Source: Lama glama (taxonomy: Eukaryota). From it: a DNA stretch of 64,000 nt. The DNA lies in NCBI GenBank assembly GCA_028534125.1, contig CM052818.1:16432001-16496000 (forward strand). The letters are read 5' to 3'. Shown here piece after piece: positions 24,490-38,799 of this stretch. Under the pieces are notes generated by a model, which was given only the letters and a program-made list of their open reading frames with translations, did no database searches and had not been told where the DNA came from. The position numbers were made by a program, and so were the translations under genes. Numbering within the stretch: position 1 is the first letter of the stretch; every line of letters begins with the position of its first letter.

Positions 24490-25560
24490 TATTCATCCAT
24501 TTACTCATTCATCATACATACTATTGATTCAGTGACTATTATGTGTCAGATACAGTTTTAGGCAAGGAGAATACAGTAATAAATAGGATAGTCAACTTAC
24601 CTACCATCTAGGAACTTACATCCTAGGAAGATAGACAACAAATAAATATATACTATGTGAAGCAGAGCTATGGGTAACCAAAAGCACAGTGGAGGGCATA
24701 AAGGATTATGGGGGAGGAGATGTTGATATTTTACAAGATTCATTAAGAAAGGCTTAATTGATAAAGGAAGGAAAAATTCATGCACCTTTTTGGGAAAAAA
24801 AACTTCAGGCAGAGGTGAAATCAACTGCAAAAGCCATGAGTTTGCACAGTGTTTGAAAGTTTTGAAAAGTCCAGTGGGGCTAGTAAAAGAAGATGAGAGG
24901 TAGTATATAAAGTTCTAAGATATGAAGAGGCCTGAACATCTAGGTTTCATAGGTAACTATACATATTCTGGCTCTTGTTTTGAGTGAAATTGATTAGTGA
25001 TTGGATGGCTTTGAAAGGAGAAACAACACAATATGACTTGTATTCCAAAAGAATCACTCTGGTTGATACGTGATAAGTAAATGTATAAGGAGCAAAGAGT
25101 GGACACAAAATATTTAAGAAGTTATTAAGATTCAGAAAATAGATGATATTGTCAATAGAGTGAAAAGAAGAGAGTAGATTTTTTATATCTATTGAAAATT
25201 AAGCCAACAGATTTAAAGATAGATGTACATGAAGTAAGAAAGAAAGAGGAGAGAAAGATGGCATGATAAATTTAGTATACTTAAGTGGAAAATTAGAATG
25301 ACTGGGGAAGAAGATATAGTTCAAGTGCTAAAGCACATGCTTAGCATGCACAAGGTCCTGGACTCAATCCCCGGTACATCTTTTTTAAATAAATAAATAT
25401 ACCCCCCCCCAAAAAAAAAGAAAATTAAAATGACCATTTCTAGAGATGATAAATAGAAGGAGGCTGCAGAAAAATCAGGTTTGTTTCTGAATATTTTGAG
25501 TTTGAGATATTTATTATACATTTAAATGGAAATACTGAATAGGTAACTGGAGATTTAAGA
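24490..25560 (-). mobile_element. L2a-like 3' region, interrupted by a SINE
   Basis: Starts with (ATTC)-like tail attcatccatttactcattc, then actattatgtgtcagatacagttttaggc. Confidence 0.75.
25303..25419 (+). mobile_element. Camelid tRNA-Ala-derived SINE (Vic-1-like), diverged copy
   Basis: tatagttcaagtgctaaagcacatgcttagcatgcacaaggtcctggactcaatcccc; TSD GAAAATTA[G/A]AATGAC at 25288-25302 and 25420-25434. Confidence 0.88.
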
Positions 25561-25629
25561 GTACATGTATTCCTTTTCATATTCTTTTTCATTATAGCTT
25601 ATTACCAGATGTTGAAAATACTTCCGTGT

Positions 25630-26315
25630 TCTGAGAAAACAATGAGGGAATGCTTCCTAGTTCACTTTATGAAGCCAGAATTACTGGTTAGAATGCAGAA
25701 TAGTACAGCCATTTTGGATAAAGTATGGTTGTACTTTAAAGCTTAATACACTTAAAATATGACTCAGGTATTCCACTTCTGGAAACTACTAAAAGAAAAG
25801 AAAACATGTATCCACACATAGGCATTATAATAATTGTTGTGAATATTGGTTATTCATAATTGTCCCAAATTTGAAACAATCACATGTCCATGAATTAGTG
25901 AATAGATAAGCAACAAGTGTGTGTGTGTGTATAATGTGTGTATATATATGTATATATACTATTCTAAAATAAAATAAAGAATAAAGTACTTATATATGCT
26001 ATAACATGGATGAACATCTAAAACTGTGCTAAGTGAAAAAAATTACCACATACTATATAATTTTATTTTTATGGAATTCTAGAAACAGTGATATTATTGT
26101 AACAGGAAGCAAATTAGTGGTCTCCTGGGGCTAGGGTAATGGGAGGAAATTCATTGTCCATGGGCAGGAGGAAACTTTTTAGGGTCGTAGAACTATTCTA
26201 CATCTTCATTGTGGTGGTTGTTATATGACTATTTACAGTTACCAAAATTCACTAAACTGTATATTTAAAATGGGTAAATTTTATATTATGAAAATTGCAC
26301 AACAGTAAACTCTGG
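25630..26315 (+). mobile_element. L1MB/L1ME1-like 3' end
   Basis: atatgactcaggtattccacttct, taacatggatgaac, gaggaaacttttt...attctacatcttcattgtggtggt. Confidence 0.75.
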
Positions 26316-26837
26316 AAAAAATGAATACATTGTTAGATACAAGAATAAATATAAGGGTAGTGCTGCTCCACTTTGAACATTTATTCCGTATTTTCATAAC
26401 AACAAAAAAAGAAAATATAATTATTTCCAGAAAGTCAGACTGTCTGGAAGGTCTAGTTAGATCATTTGAGCTGACATTAATTATCTACCTTATACTATTT
26501 AAAACTTTCTTCAGATATTTTTTTCTTTTTTTCTAGGAGGCTAAGATGAATGTCTATGTAAAGTTTTCCTCAGTATCTTTTGTGATTCCTCCTTCTTATG
26601 ACAATGGAATAGTTATTTTTAAATGCAAAGATGGTAATTATTTATGGGACAGAATTTCCTCTCCCATTTTCACTTCCCTCTTTTATGACTCTTAGTTATC
26701 CTTTTGTGAGTTGATATTAGGTAGCCTATATTTTTTACCCCTCATTCTTCTATAAGTATCCCACCTGCTGACTCGTGGGAAAAAAACACTCTAAATCAGC
26801 ATTTTCAAAAACAAACTAGCATCTACTCATTCCCTAC

Positions 26838-26932
26838 CAAAAAAAAAAAGAGAAGGAGGAGGGAATGAAAGAAGGAAGGAAGGAACGAACGAACGTATGA
26901 AAGAATGAAGGAAGGAATGAAGGAAAGAAGGA
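26838..26932. repeat. A-run plus (GAAG/GAAC)n purine-rich simple repeat
   Basis: Seen directly. Confidence 0.85.
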
Positions 26933-28019
26933 AATCTCTGCCAGGTCAGGCCCAGTTTTGTGAAACAAGGAATGATTCTTTGCCCCAACTGAAGCCACAT
27001 TCACAAAAACCTAATTAATGAAAGGAAAATAAAGAGCATTTGTGGGAGTCTTTGATCCATTCCTTACTGGAGCTAAGAGGCCTCTTTCATTTCCATTTAC
27101 TTAAAATTACTGGCAAATCTAGTTAAGTATGTTTAGGAGTAACTTTTGTCGCATAATTTGATGTTGATGTTCAGTCTATAAAAAAACAAGTATGGAAGAA
27201 ATTTGTACAGGTTCAAAATCGCATTATCAAATGTTGTGTCTTCAAAAAAAATATTTTAAAAAATTTTTTGAAGGCTTTATGTTAAAACTTAGTCAACAGT
27301 CAAATGTAGAAAGATATACTCATGTATTACCAGACCTGACTACTTTTTGTGACGATGTAAACATAATATTTAGGGTATAGAGAAGCACAAGAGGTGAATT
27401 CATTCATCTCCTAAAGTATTTTGTATGAATCCTGTATGTTTGCCTGTGCGTCACTTTTAAGTACGTTTTATAATTTTTTTCTTTAATTTAAAATTATATT
27501 TTGTGTCTTCTCTCACAACATGCTCATTGGGCGCCTTCCACATGTCAGACACTGTTCTAGATACTGGTCATATAACAGAAAACAAAAGTGACACAGCTCC
27601 CTAACTATGAGTATTTTATTCTAATGGCGATGAGAGATTCTTGTTAAAAAACACACAAAACAAATATATAAATACAACATGGAATAAGTCCTATGAAGCA
27701 AAAAGTGTTCTGTGAGAGTGGAACAGACAATACAAAGCTTTGGGAGATAAGCAGATTTTGCTGCAACTTTGTGGTTGAGTTTGGTGTTGTGTGTGGATAT
27801 CAACAAAGAAAGAGAGTTTGGTGGAGATGGTGGAGCAAATGTCTAAATTGACCTTAGCAGTCCAGAGGATCTCAGAGAACTCCTTGGGGCTGAAATATAG
27901 GAACAAAAAGGAGACTGAGCCAAGATGATTTTGGAAACATAAAAAGTAAGGTTTCTGGCAGGGCATTACGAAAGGTGATAATGGAAGACTTAAAAGAAAA
28001 GAAATGGATAACAGGCCAC

Positions 28020-28620
28020 ATGTACTTGACCACATAGGCCAAATCATTATTCACCTTTTCCCAATTATCTCAAAAGTTTTTTTTACAGCTCATCTGGTTG
28101 AATTAGGGATTTTAGATTATGTGTTTTGGCTTATTCCCTCAGCTCCTGCCTTTTAGTTTTTGTTTTTGTTTTTTGAGTATCATAAACTTACATGATTTTA
28201 TATATCTAGTATATTTTAATCAACTGCAGTATTCTTGTTTGATACTCAAATTGTCCCATCTTTGGCTAGTAGGGAGCTTCTTAAATTTGGTTCTTGTGTC
28301 ACCTTGATATGACTCCAATTAGTCTTACATAGCTCACTTACTCTCAGGACTAACAAGGTGCCCAAACTAGGAATCTACTCTTCCTCCAAGGAGCACTCGT
28401 TTTCGAGACTACCATCTGAGTCCTCAGTGGTGTCATTGCTGTATTATTATTTTTAGGTCTTTTCAGAAATATGGTTTTATATTGGTATTTCTAATTCAAA
28501 TTTAACATTATAGGAATTTTACTTAACTTTCTAAATTTTATATTTATATCTCTTTTTTTTTTTCTAAATACTGAAAACGTGAGCTCCAAATAATCCACTA
28601 AAGTTCTTAAAAACTACTCA
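28020..28620 (-). mobile_element. L1MC4/5-like 3' end, antisense
   Basis: aaattgtcccatctttggctagtagggagcttctt...ttctccaaggagc. Confidence 0.6.
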
Positions 28621-28634
28621 GTCTACTGATGGAA

Positions 28635-28850
28635 ATGGTTATCATCCTGCAGGTGATACTGCTCCCTCCCTCAGGCTGCATTTTGAAAAGGAGGAGGATA
28701 TCTTTTGTTGATATATGATGGGAGTGGGTGCTGCTGGTATTTAAGTTTAAAGAGTCAAGGATAATAAGAGCCCTGGAAAGCATCATACAATTTTACACAA
28801 GAAAGAACTGTTCAACCCAAAATGCTAATAGCACACCTGTATAGAAACAC
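28635..28850 (+). mobile_element. MER20-like hAT-Charlie DNA transposon
   Basis: gggtgctgctggtattta...aagaactgttcaacccaaaatgctaatagcac...agaaacac. Confidence 0.6.
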
Positions 28851-28857
28851 ATAGAAA

Positions 28858-29985
28858 CAGATGGAATTTATCAGAAAGATAAGTAGACTTAATCTTCAGG
28901 TCCCCTCACTTCCAGTAGTTCCTTGATAGGCTCTAGGAATAGTGTAGAATCCCAGAAATATATTCACATGGTCACATATTTCTTTTTAGATTAGCTGTAG
29001 TAAACTATTTTAACCAAAATTGATGAAGAACTCCTGTTCTTCCACCCTGACTTTGACCTTCCACTCATAATTCCCGTTATCTTTGGTGACACTGAAATGG
29101 CTGCAGGCATTTTGGGATCCAATTTAAGGGAGTTTTTAATGTGAATGTGGCTGGCTTTTGTTTGTTGGAACATATGTATGTGGTTTGTCACCATTACCAA
29201 GTAAAGTCAGGTTGTTGCTAGTAGTCCACTGTAGGCATAGCTTTTTATAGCTCTCCTTAACGTTCACTGTGCCTACTCGTCTGCATCTTTAAAGAAAATA
29301 TGCAGGGTCTTGGTTCTACATGCGTTATGGTACCCACCTCCATACTTAAACAAGTAGGAAAAAAGAGTCAAAGCTTGCAATGTTTAAAGCTAGTCTATGG
29401 GAAAATCTTCCAATCATAGTATGGTTTAAATTGTGATTGGTGTATTTGGTTTTTAAAGATTCTAAGTCAAAAAACAACAGTTCTTTTCTTGGAGGAAATT
29501 TCTTGATGATGCAGCACATATAATTTTAAGTGCTGTGTGATTGTGTGTGTGTCTTCTTTTTCGATGACACTGGTAAAAACTAAAATGTATCAAAATTCTT
29601 GTTTTTGAAGAACCAAATAGTGGTATTTAAATATCCACTATTTAGGTGTGAAATAGCATGCCTGATGCTTCAAAACTATTAACAGCAGAAAAAACAAATT
29701 TTGCTCAGTCATGCCAGAGGGAATATTAAATTATTTTTCTGTTCTCTTCATGGAAAAATTCTTACCAAAGAAGAAAGGAAAAGTACAGTAGAGATACATC
29801 AGGTACTTAATTATATTAAAATTAGATTTTATCATATTTGTCAATGTTGAAATTTATGAGTTTTTGTAGATTCATTTTTCATTTTAAGTAAATATTATTT
29901 TCATACTTAATTTAATATATTGTTTTCTTTAAGACCTCATACCCTCAATTGTATTATCTCAGGCTCTACAAAACCTGAATCTTTT
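28858..29985 (+). mobile_element. hAT-Tip100 DNA transposon relic (Arthur1-like)
   Basis: 5' cttcaggtcccctcactt, internal gcattttgggatcc and aagctagtctatgggaaaatcttccaatcat, 3' tcaggctctacaaaacctgaatc. Confidence 0.6.
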
Positions 29986-30542
29986 TTCATATAGAAAGAA
30001 ATAAAAAGCACTGTGCAGTAGTCCAGTGACAGATGATAGTGATTTGGGCTGCTTCGGTGAGAACAGAAACATAAATAATTCAGAGATACATAGGAGCTAA
30101 AATAAACTATACTTTGGAAACTTGAGTTAATAATATCACATAAATACACATTAAAGACAAAATTACATTTGAGCCAAACTTTCCCATTTTTTACATACCA
30201 TTATTTTTCCTCATGGGATTGGCAACCTTTTCATAACATTATACTTTTTTTATCCCTAACAATGTAAATTATTTTCGTTAAACATCACTGTCCTTGAATT
30301 ATAGGTAAAACGATTAAAAAGATTAGATTGACTCCCAGAGTTCTTTAGCTTAGTGGTATCAATATAATCTTGATCTTTTCTTTTCCTTGTTGAGCTGTTT
30401 TATGATTGATTCAGGGATCTAATACAGTGATTAAATTGCCCAACCAAAAGTGTCTCTACCAAAAGCAAGAAGAGAAATAGCTGAGGCTAGAAACTTTGTG
30501 TACTAAACCCAGAACCAGAACAAACAGGTAAAACTCTCTTAC

Positions 30543-30561
30543 TGTGTGTGTGTGTGTGTGT
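30543..30561. repeat. (TG)n microsatellite
   Basis: Seen directly. Confidence 0.9.
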
Positions 30562-31499
30562 AGTTTTTTATCCGAAATCCAATGGTGAAATAAAGAATTT
30601 GACTTCTATTTTAGGCAAAGTTCTCCTTTTTCCAAGATAAATAAATTGGAACACTACATAGAAGTCCAATTCTTTTATATTTTACTTGTTTATCTTAGCC
30701 CATTTTGCTTTCTTTCTGGTCAGTGTCAACTGCCAGAGGTGAGGCAAGCTTTTGATATTTCCCTTTAAACTCTTCCTGTTAGACTTAGTCACTGAAAATC
30801 CCCTTAAACTGTGATTTGTACAACTGATGATGTTTTTGTACATAATTATTCCTGTTATTTATATTTCTCTCATCAGACACTCTTCACTCTCCCTCTCTGC
30901 CCTAGCCTCTTTCAAATATGTGTTCAATTTCCTTTTCTAAGCACTGGTCCTCAAACTGTATCATTTAAAGGTATAATCGAGTTGGGACTCAAAAGCTAGA
31001 GCAATTCCAGGTCAGCATTTGAGTTGGAGCCCTGTAGTGATAATTCATGTGTTATAAGAAATGGTGTTGGAGTTTCAACACTGCCCTTCAAACCTCTGGT
31101 GACCAGTGCAGGAACAGAGAACAAGGCAGAGGTGGTGCACGGATGGAATGTTTGTTAACTCTGTCCTTTGTCAAACATGATAAAAGAATAGTGTTCCAGA
31201 AAAAAGAAAGTTATTTTAATTCATTTTGTAAAGTGAACAGTTCTTTTATAAAACACTTACCCACCCATCCATTTTTCTTGCCTCTACATTTTAAAACTCT
31301 GAATAATATACCCCTCTGCTTTTTTAGAAGCCTTATTTCTCAACTTAACACCATTCTTTCCAGCAACTGTAACTTCTTTTCCCCTTTATTTCTAATTGAA
31401 AGACCTTGTATATCTTTCAAATCTGGTACATTCACTTCATTTTCACTGTACTTTCTTTGGCCGAATTGCCACATTCTTTTCCTTTATTACTATAATTAC

Positions 31500-32225
31500 A
31501 TTTGAGCTAGTCTGTCTGCATACACCTTTTCTCCTTACTTCCTACACCTAGTATTCTCCAAACTACAGCCAGAGTGATTATTATAAATACAAATTAATTC
31601 CTTTGCACACCTGTTTAAACATGACTTTTCATTAAAGTAAAGCTGAAATCCCAAATCCTACCAGCTCATCTCAAACCACTCTTCATCATGTTCTTTGCAC
31701 TCTACCCACACTGGATCTTCTCAGTTCCTTTGTTAAATCCTTCTCCCTGATTTATGTTGCCAATTTATTTCCTTCTTATATCTCAAAGACACATGTCCAA
31801 AGATAAACCAGATTGTGGGGGAGGGTATAGCTCAAGTGGTAGAATGCATGCTTAGCATGCACAAGGTCCTGGGTTCAATCCCCAGCACCTCCATGAAAAA
31901 AAAAACTAAATAAATAAACCTAATTACCTCCCCCTGCAAACAAACAAACAAACAAAAAGATGAACTACATTGGGTTATATACCCCTCTGTTATTTCATAA
32001 CACTTTGCATCTTTTGCAGCAATCTCCATTTCTGTATTGTATATACATTACTGTCGTGATTAAATAATAAACTAAAAATTTGATTGTATAATGTCTACCA
32101 CTTTGGCTAAAGTAAAAGCTTGAAGAGAACAGGCGCTGTTGTATCTATCTTGTTTATCACTATGTCTCCAATATTTCACACTTCCTTTCATATCTTAAGA
32201 GTTTAATAAGTCTTTGTTGAATGAA
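31500..32225 (+). mobile_element. L2 3' region, interrupted by a SINE
   Basis: cagccagagtgatt; terminal tttaataagtctttgttgaatgaa. Confidence 0.65.
31816..31955 (+). mobile_element. Camelid tRNA-Ala-derived SINE (Vic-1-like)
   Basis: gggggagggtatagctcaagtggtagaatgcatgcttagcatgcacaaggtcctgggttcaatccccagcacctcc with A box TAGCTCAAGTGG and B box GGTTCAATCC; (CAAA)n tail; degenerate 17-bp TSD at 31799-31815 and 31956-31972 (3 mismatches). Confidence 0.92.
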
Positions 32226-35200
32226 AAAAAAATGAATTAATCTCATTTCAGAATGGAGTTTTTTGATATCTTTTTCAAAATTCTCTTAAACCTTGACTTC
32301 CAGTGAACTCCATTTTCCTGAATTTGCTTATATATGTTTATTTCTTTTTATGTTTTTGATGTATTTATCTTCCTCATAGAAGTAAATAGAAATTTATTTC
32401 TATTTATTATTAAATTATTAAATAGAAAATTTTGTTGTATTTTTGGTATTTGTTTTCTATTTTTACTAAGATTTGGACTTGATTTCCTTTGTCTATCCAA
32501 TTTATGCCCTACTAGAGAACTTATCCATTTTCATTGCATCAGCTACCATGGAATTTATCGGTAAAGAAGAATCGTACTGGTCCTGTTATCTAGCCACTCA
32601 TTTAATGCCTGAATCTTCTTCACTACCAAATAAGTAGCTATTAAACTAAAGTTAGATATCTGTAAGATTAAAAATCTCTTTTATTTTGAAGCAGCCAGTC
32701 ACAATTTCAGGCAGTTTGAGTGGTTAAAAAAATTATGGTGCTAAATTCCATCTCATAATTTTCGCGCACACACACAATCTTAATATTTGAATACAGTTAT
32801 TGTGACCCCTGGATATTTTGTTATTTTAACGAGTCCTTATATGCTATGGTTTTATATTTTCTCATCATTCTATTCAATTTTTTGTCTCTGTCGCTCTTAA
32901 TATAGGATAACTCCTGTGGAATGTATTATTCCAGATCTGGTCTGTCCAATTTTTCTGCTACCTATAACTATACTGCCAATTTCATTCATCACAATCAAGA
33001 AGGCTTTACTAATGACTATCTCAAACTTTGATATATTCTTTCTCTGTATGCTCAATTGGTCACATTTGTATAAAGGGCTCTGTCAGTTCTTCCATATGCA
33101 GATAGAATAACCCCAAACGTGATAGGTTCTATGCTTAATGTAGTATCTTTTTAAAGCTTGTTTTATTATAATCTCACTCTTGTCTTCAGTTAATTGACTC
33201 ATAATTAAACATAATTCTAATTAGACGTTAGGTATGATTACTCAGAAAAATCTGATTACTATTGGGTATATTGGAGAAGTATTACATGATAGGTACATAC
33301 CAATTTTTATGTATGTAGCTTATTATAATACTTGTATTTTCAATTTTTTTTGTTCTTTCATTCTAACCCTTGGAAGTTTCTCTTCCCCTTGATAGAGATT
33401 CCCTCCTTATTTACTTTGTATTCACAGAATATTTCATATTATACCAATCTACAGACAGTTTGATATAGCATTTCTGTTTATTCACTATAAAATATAACCA
33501 AATACTTCAAGTTATACAAGGAAACTATCAACAAACAATATAACTACAAAACAACCTTAAACACAGCCTTTCATTAAGGAAATAAAATATTTGAGAAATG
33601 ATGTAGATGAATATGAAATTTTAAGAGAAGCTAAGCAAGTGCTCACAACTGTAGCCCAATCTCTTTGAAACTGCAGCTGCGAAGAAGAAATTAACAGTGT
33701 AGAGCTTACAGCCACAGTGAGTGCCTAAGTTAGATCCTAGCTTGGAATTTCTACATCCAGTGTTATTATGTGGGTTAGAAGAGTTAATGTATGTAAATTA
33801 CTTACAGTATTGAATGGCTCAGAATATTAAGCTATTACTTCATCTAAAACATTGCCTGGCACATGGAGGACACAAAGTAAATTTTGTTAAATGATTTAAA
33901 AGAATGAACAGAATTGGTATGATTATTCCGTGAGGATTTTTTTTTAAAGAAGGAGGGCCTCTCTTATTCATCATTAATCTGTTGTAAGTTTTGTGAAGAG
34001 AAATATAATGTCTAGAAAGGGCATGAATCACAAATATAAATAAAACATCAAATATCTAATTTTATGGTATCAGAAATCTTATATAGTATAAAATCACTAT
34101 TTTTACTTAAAAATGCCTTTCTAAATTTTATTCACACAGTTAACTAGGTCAATTCTACTTTTAATATTATGAAATGTTCCCCCAGTTCCTTTTGGCAGTT
34201 GATACTTATATCAACCATCCATGCTTTCTAAATCAAACTTAAACTTTCTTCTACATTATTAATGCTAAAATTATGCCATAGGGAAATGAATGAAGATGTT
34301 ACAGTAGAAGTGAAGATTGTTTAGTCAGCTGTTTGTAAGTACATCTGGTATAAAGACTAAATAAATCTTAAACCCTGAAGCAGCATCATGAAAATGAAAA
34401 CTCTTGAACAAAAGTTTCCATTTGTGTATACATTCATCCAAATACTATTCTAGACAGAATATTTTATGGGGCATTCCTTTAAAGTATTTTCCAAATTTTC
34501 TCATTTTAGAATTAAAATAGTACCTGTTTTTCTCTTTTCCTAAGCTTTTTCCAGAGAAGTTTGTACACATTTTAAAAATTTTTTAAAATAAAATAATAAA
34601 TTGAGATTTTAAAAGAATTAAGTTCAATATCATTACTTCACTTTATATTAGTGGAATTATTGATTTATTTATTGTGTTAAGTATATTCATTACTTGTTAA
34701 CATGGTAGATATCAGGCGATATAAAAGAAGTATCTATCATACTTTTTGAACACTTGTGTTTTAGACCTTTTGAAAGACTGACCAATACAATTAGTGTAAA
34801 CATGTAATTTTTTCATATTATGGCAATATTTAAAGTAGAAATGGGTATTATTAATAATTGAAGAATAGGCATAAACTTGGTCTATTCCATGCCAAATGGA
34901 AAAATTGGTCAGTAAATATGTTTGGGTTAAAATATTAATACTACTTCAGAAGAGTACAATATTTTAGGAGGTTACTAAACAGGTTAAGTGGTTACATGCT
35001 AAATAAGCAGATCTCAGGGTTACACAGGACATGGGGAAACACACTGATCAACTCCCCATTAGGATATTTGGATATACCTCATAACATTGCCTAAGGTCCA
35101 GATCTGAATGGCACCAGTGACAAAAAACTCAGTGTCTTTTCATACATTGCATTATCAGAGCGCTCTAATTGTTTACAAAGGCATTTAATATTTTTACCTG

Positions 35201-37259
35201 AAGTCTGCTTTATTGTAACACTTATTTGTTCAAGGTTTTCTTTCAGACTTCAGACAAAACCAGATAAATTTCTTTTTCACACAACAACCTTTCAAATGTG
35301 TGAAGACAGCTACAATGTCCCTAGTAACTAGTCTTCTCTTTTTCTGGAATATAATGCTCAAGTCTCAGCTACTTGCCCTGACTGATCTCTAGATGTGCTT
35401 TAGTGTGTCATATTATTTTAATGTGTCAGTGTTTCTATTAAAATATTGTATGCATAAATGAATCCAAAAATACTCCCTAATTTTTTTATTGAGAACAGAT
35501 AGTCTTATTTGTGCTTTACTGGGTATAACACATTGGGGAATACTGTGTTCAGCTGACAGATAGTATGGTGAATTGGAGCATGCTTAAGGAAAAATACAAT
35601 TTATTTAATTTGATCTACTATTCTACTAGAAGAATGTGAGTTGTGTGTGTGTATATGTGTGTGCGCCTTTTCTTTAATCTGTCTTCCATTTTTTTGAAGA
35701 ACATCTGTTAATATATTGAATATTCGTGTATGAATTGAATTGTAATATACAATTTGAAAATGCACTTTTTAATCATTAACTCAGTATGCTGAATGTAAAT
35801 ATAAACATAGAGTAGGCCATGCAAAAAGGAGCCAATTTAAGACTGAATTTCTCTGAAGCATAACATCAAGTCATAATTAGCATGGAAAAGATTATTAATC
35901 ACCTTAGCAATTAGGTGTTAGGAAACTGAACAAGAGCATGCTTATACTTGTCATAGAGTAACACTTAAATTATACTTAAATTATGTATTTACCTTAGTGT
36001 GTGTTGCATGGAAACATGTAAAAGAGTTTTGTCCTTTTCGGGGGGTTATGTTTAGATTATTCAAGTGACTTGAATTTGAGTACCAACACCCACAGAACTG
36101 AGATTTCAGATGAGCCTGATGGTGCAGCAAATTTGATTTGGATGAGACAAGTCCAGATGCAAATGCATAGGTATAGCAGCTGTGGTTTCAGTGCAGACAT
36201 ATTGCTGATCTGTTTTAAAATCATCAAACCCCAAGCCTAGTGCTCATAAATTAATTATGTTTGGAACTCTTATAGAGGCAAAGGAAGAACTTAAAACAAA
36301 ATTAAACAAAACAGAACTGAGTTGTTCTACAGCATACTCTATTTTTAACTAGAAAATTATAGGCAAAATACTATTCAGATAATTCAGAAGATATTTAGGT
36401 CATGTGTGGATAATAAAGAAATTACTAATGATTCAGTAAAGCCCATCAATAAAATATTTTTGGATCATTCTAGGTACTCAGTTCTCAGTCATACATTCTG
36501 AAAGGCAGAGATCCTTAAAAGATAACACTCCACTTAAGTGGAATAACAGGACAGATTCCTGTGGAACACAGATATGTTCCAGTGCATGGTTGAATACCAA
36601 AATGAAAGCTATGTGAATTCAGGAAGTAGATATTTTTTAGAAAGGCTTTTGATGCTGGTGGGACTTGCTTATAAAGGTCCAAGTCAGAGAAGGTGAAGGT
36701 CAATAATGAGGAAGGAGAGTCATTAAGGATATGCCATATAATTACAGCTCTCATATGCAGTGATAATTACACTAAAATTTCTGGCCAAGCTGCACTTGCC
36801 GAAAAGTAGCAGCTCTCTGACTTTCTATTTAAGGGAATGAATGGGCTGCGGGTGAAACAGTGCTCAGATGTTGCTAGGATAGGAAAGGTTTTGTCCTTTG
36901 TTTTCTTCTTCCTTGTATGAGGAAGAGTATATCTGGAAACCTGGTGCATTTGAAATCAGTTTAGAGTTCTCTGTGAAACTCTTTTACCAGCTCTATTTAA
37001 GCATGTTGAGGATAGTTTATTACAATTGGGTCTCTAACAAGACTACATCTTCTAACTTATCTGAGAGATTCTTAACCTCTTTTCCCCATTAATTCTTTTC
37101 TTGTGTCTAATATAATGGATATTTTATTCAAGACATCTTTTGACTAAATGTCTTATTTACATTATTAAGTTGCAAAGCATTTGATAGTAGACTGGGTCTT
37201 TTAAATGATAATAAATTAATAGTAGTGATAATAACAGCAAGACCAGTGGCAGCAATTTC

Positions 37260-37420
37260 CATTTATCTTATTTATTCTTCACAAGACCACTATGGTTTCT
37301 CAGAGCTGAACAAACTAATGTCAAGAAAAGTGAAGCAACTTGCTGAAATTTATAGAGCTAATAATCTACAGGCTGGAATATGAAAATAATTTGACTGATT
37401 CAGAAGACTGGGCTACTATA
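37260..37420 (-). mobile_element. MIR SINE
   Basis: ttattcttcacaa...gtgaagcaacttgctgaa...gactgattcagaag. Confidence 0.55.
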
Positions 37421-38799
37421 CTGCAGGGTCTCTTATTTAATGCTGCATTATGCATTTTTTAAATTATGAAATAAATTGTATCTGATTTACAAAACGCTCA
37501 GTTCTTCCTATTTCTATTTTGACCACAAGTAGGTATATTTTAAATACTCAGTTGGCAACTATGGATAATTAAATAAGCTTTCTTTGCCTAGAAAGCCCCC
37601 AAAATAAATCTAGTGCAAGAAAATAGGAGCGATTTTCCAGCTTCCTTTTCCTTTTACCATTTAGGTGGTAGGAAATATCTCAATTTTTATATTCTTGCAA
37701 GAAGGATAACATTTGGGGAGATTTAAAAGATGCATTTTTGTTTCCCACTGAAGTCATGATTGCTTGCATATTTTTATCTCTGAGCTTTATGTGCCATGGA
37801 ATAAGAAGGGTACTCACCAGCTCAGAGTTCAAAGCAGATTTTCTAACTACCTTTAACAAGAATCTTGAAAGCCACTTCTTTGTTGTTTATTTAGAGGAGG
37901 AAAAAGGCCTCTAAAATTTTGTTATTCCATTAACATTTCAAGGGACCAATCTGGTGGACTAAATTAAACTCAAGTTTTATTTTAGGCCAGTATTAAGAAG
38001 AGTAATTTGGTAAAATGCCAGTGTTCTTGCCACTAGCTCCAACCCATCACCACCATAACTTTTCCCTAAGAGTGCACCTTGGAGAGGGTCTTAGGAATTT
38101 TACATAAATAGGGGTGAGTCAAAGTTAATTGAAGATAGTCACTTGCTTTTTCAGACATAGTGTGGGGAAGTTGCGTATCCTTGAAGACTCCCAGCATTTG
38201 CATATGCACCAAAGATGTGACAAAATATGTCTCAGAAGCAATGGAATTGAAATTTTTATGAGAGGCAGCTTGATAAATGGGTTTAAGGGAGGATTCCTGC
38301 TTACTAAACTATGAGACCAACAGGTTCTTCATATGTTTCCAAGAACCCTAGTGAAAGTATGTGGAGTCACTGAGAGGAGCAGTGGAGTAGCAAGGTCCTG
38401 ATATTGAAGCAAACAGACCACTGAGTATTAGGAGTATTTAACCAGGATCCTCTAGTCAGGTCTAAACATAAACATTCAAACCACCAAAACACTCAAAAAG
38501 ATAGGTAGCACCTCAGTGATCCCCAACCCAACACAATAGAATTAGGACCCCACCTGCACCTTTCCCAGTATGGCCAGGTAAGGCTTAGCCCTATACTCTT
38601 TGATGTCACCTTGAAGAGGAACAGAGGAAAGGAAAGAAAATATGAAAGGCTATGAAATTCAACAGACAGAATGTCAAGAAATAGCTCTTTAAGTTATCAA
38701 CTCAAACAATTTTCTAAACTTAGACCCAATTTGCCATTGTTTCTGTTTTTCTCTACTACTAAATGAGTCGGATGAACTGATTCAAATACCTTTAATTTT

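Noticed and set aside
31047..31505. 152-aa ORF
   Set aside because: Low-complexity F/L/S-rich translation of T-rich DNA with no domain
31816..31895. tRNA-Ala gene
   Set aside because: Has an A-rich tail, TSD and diverged paralogs in the window, so it is a SINE
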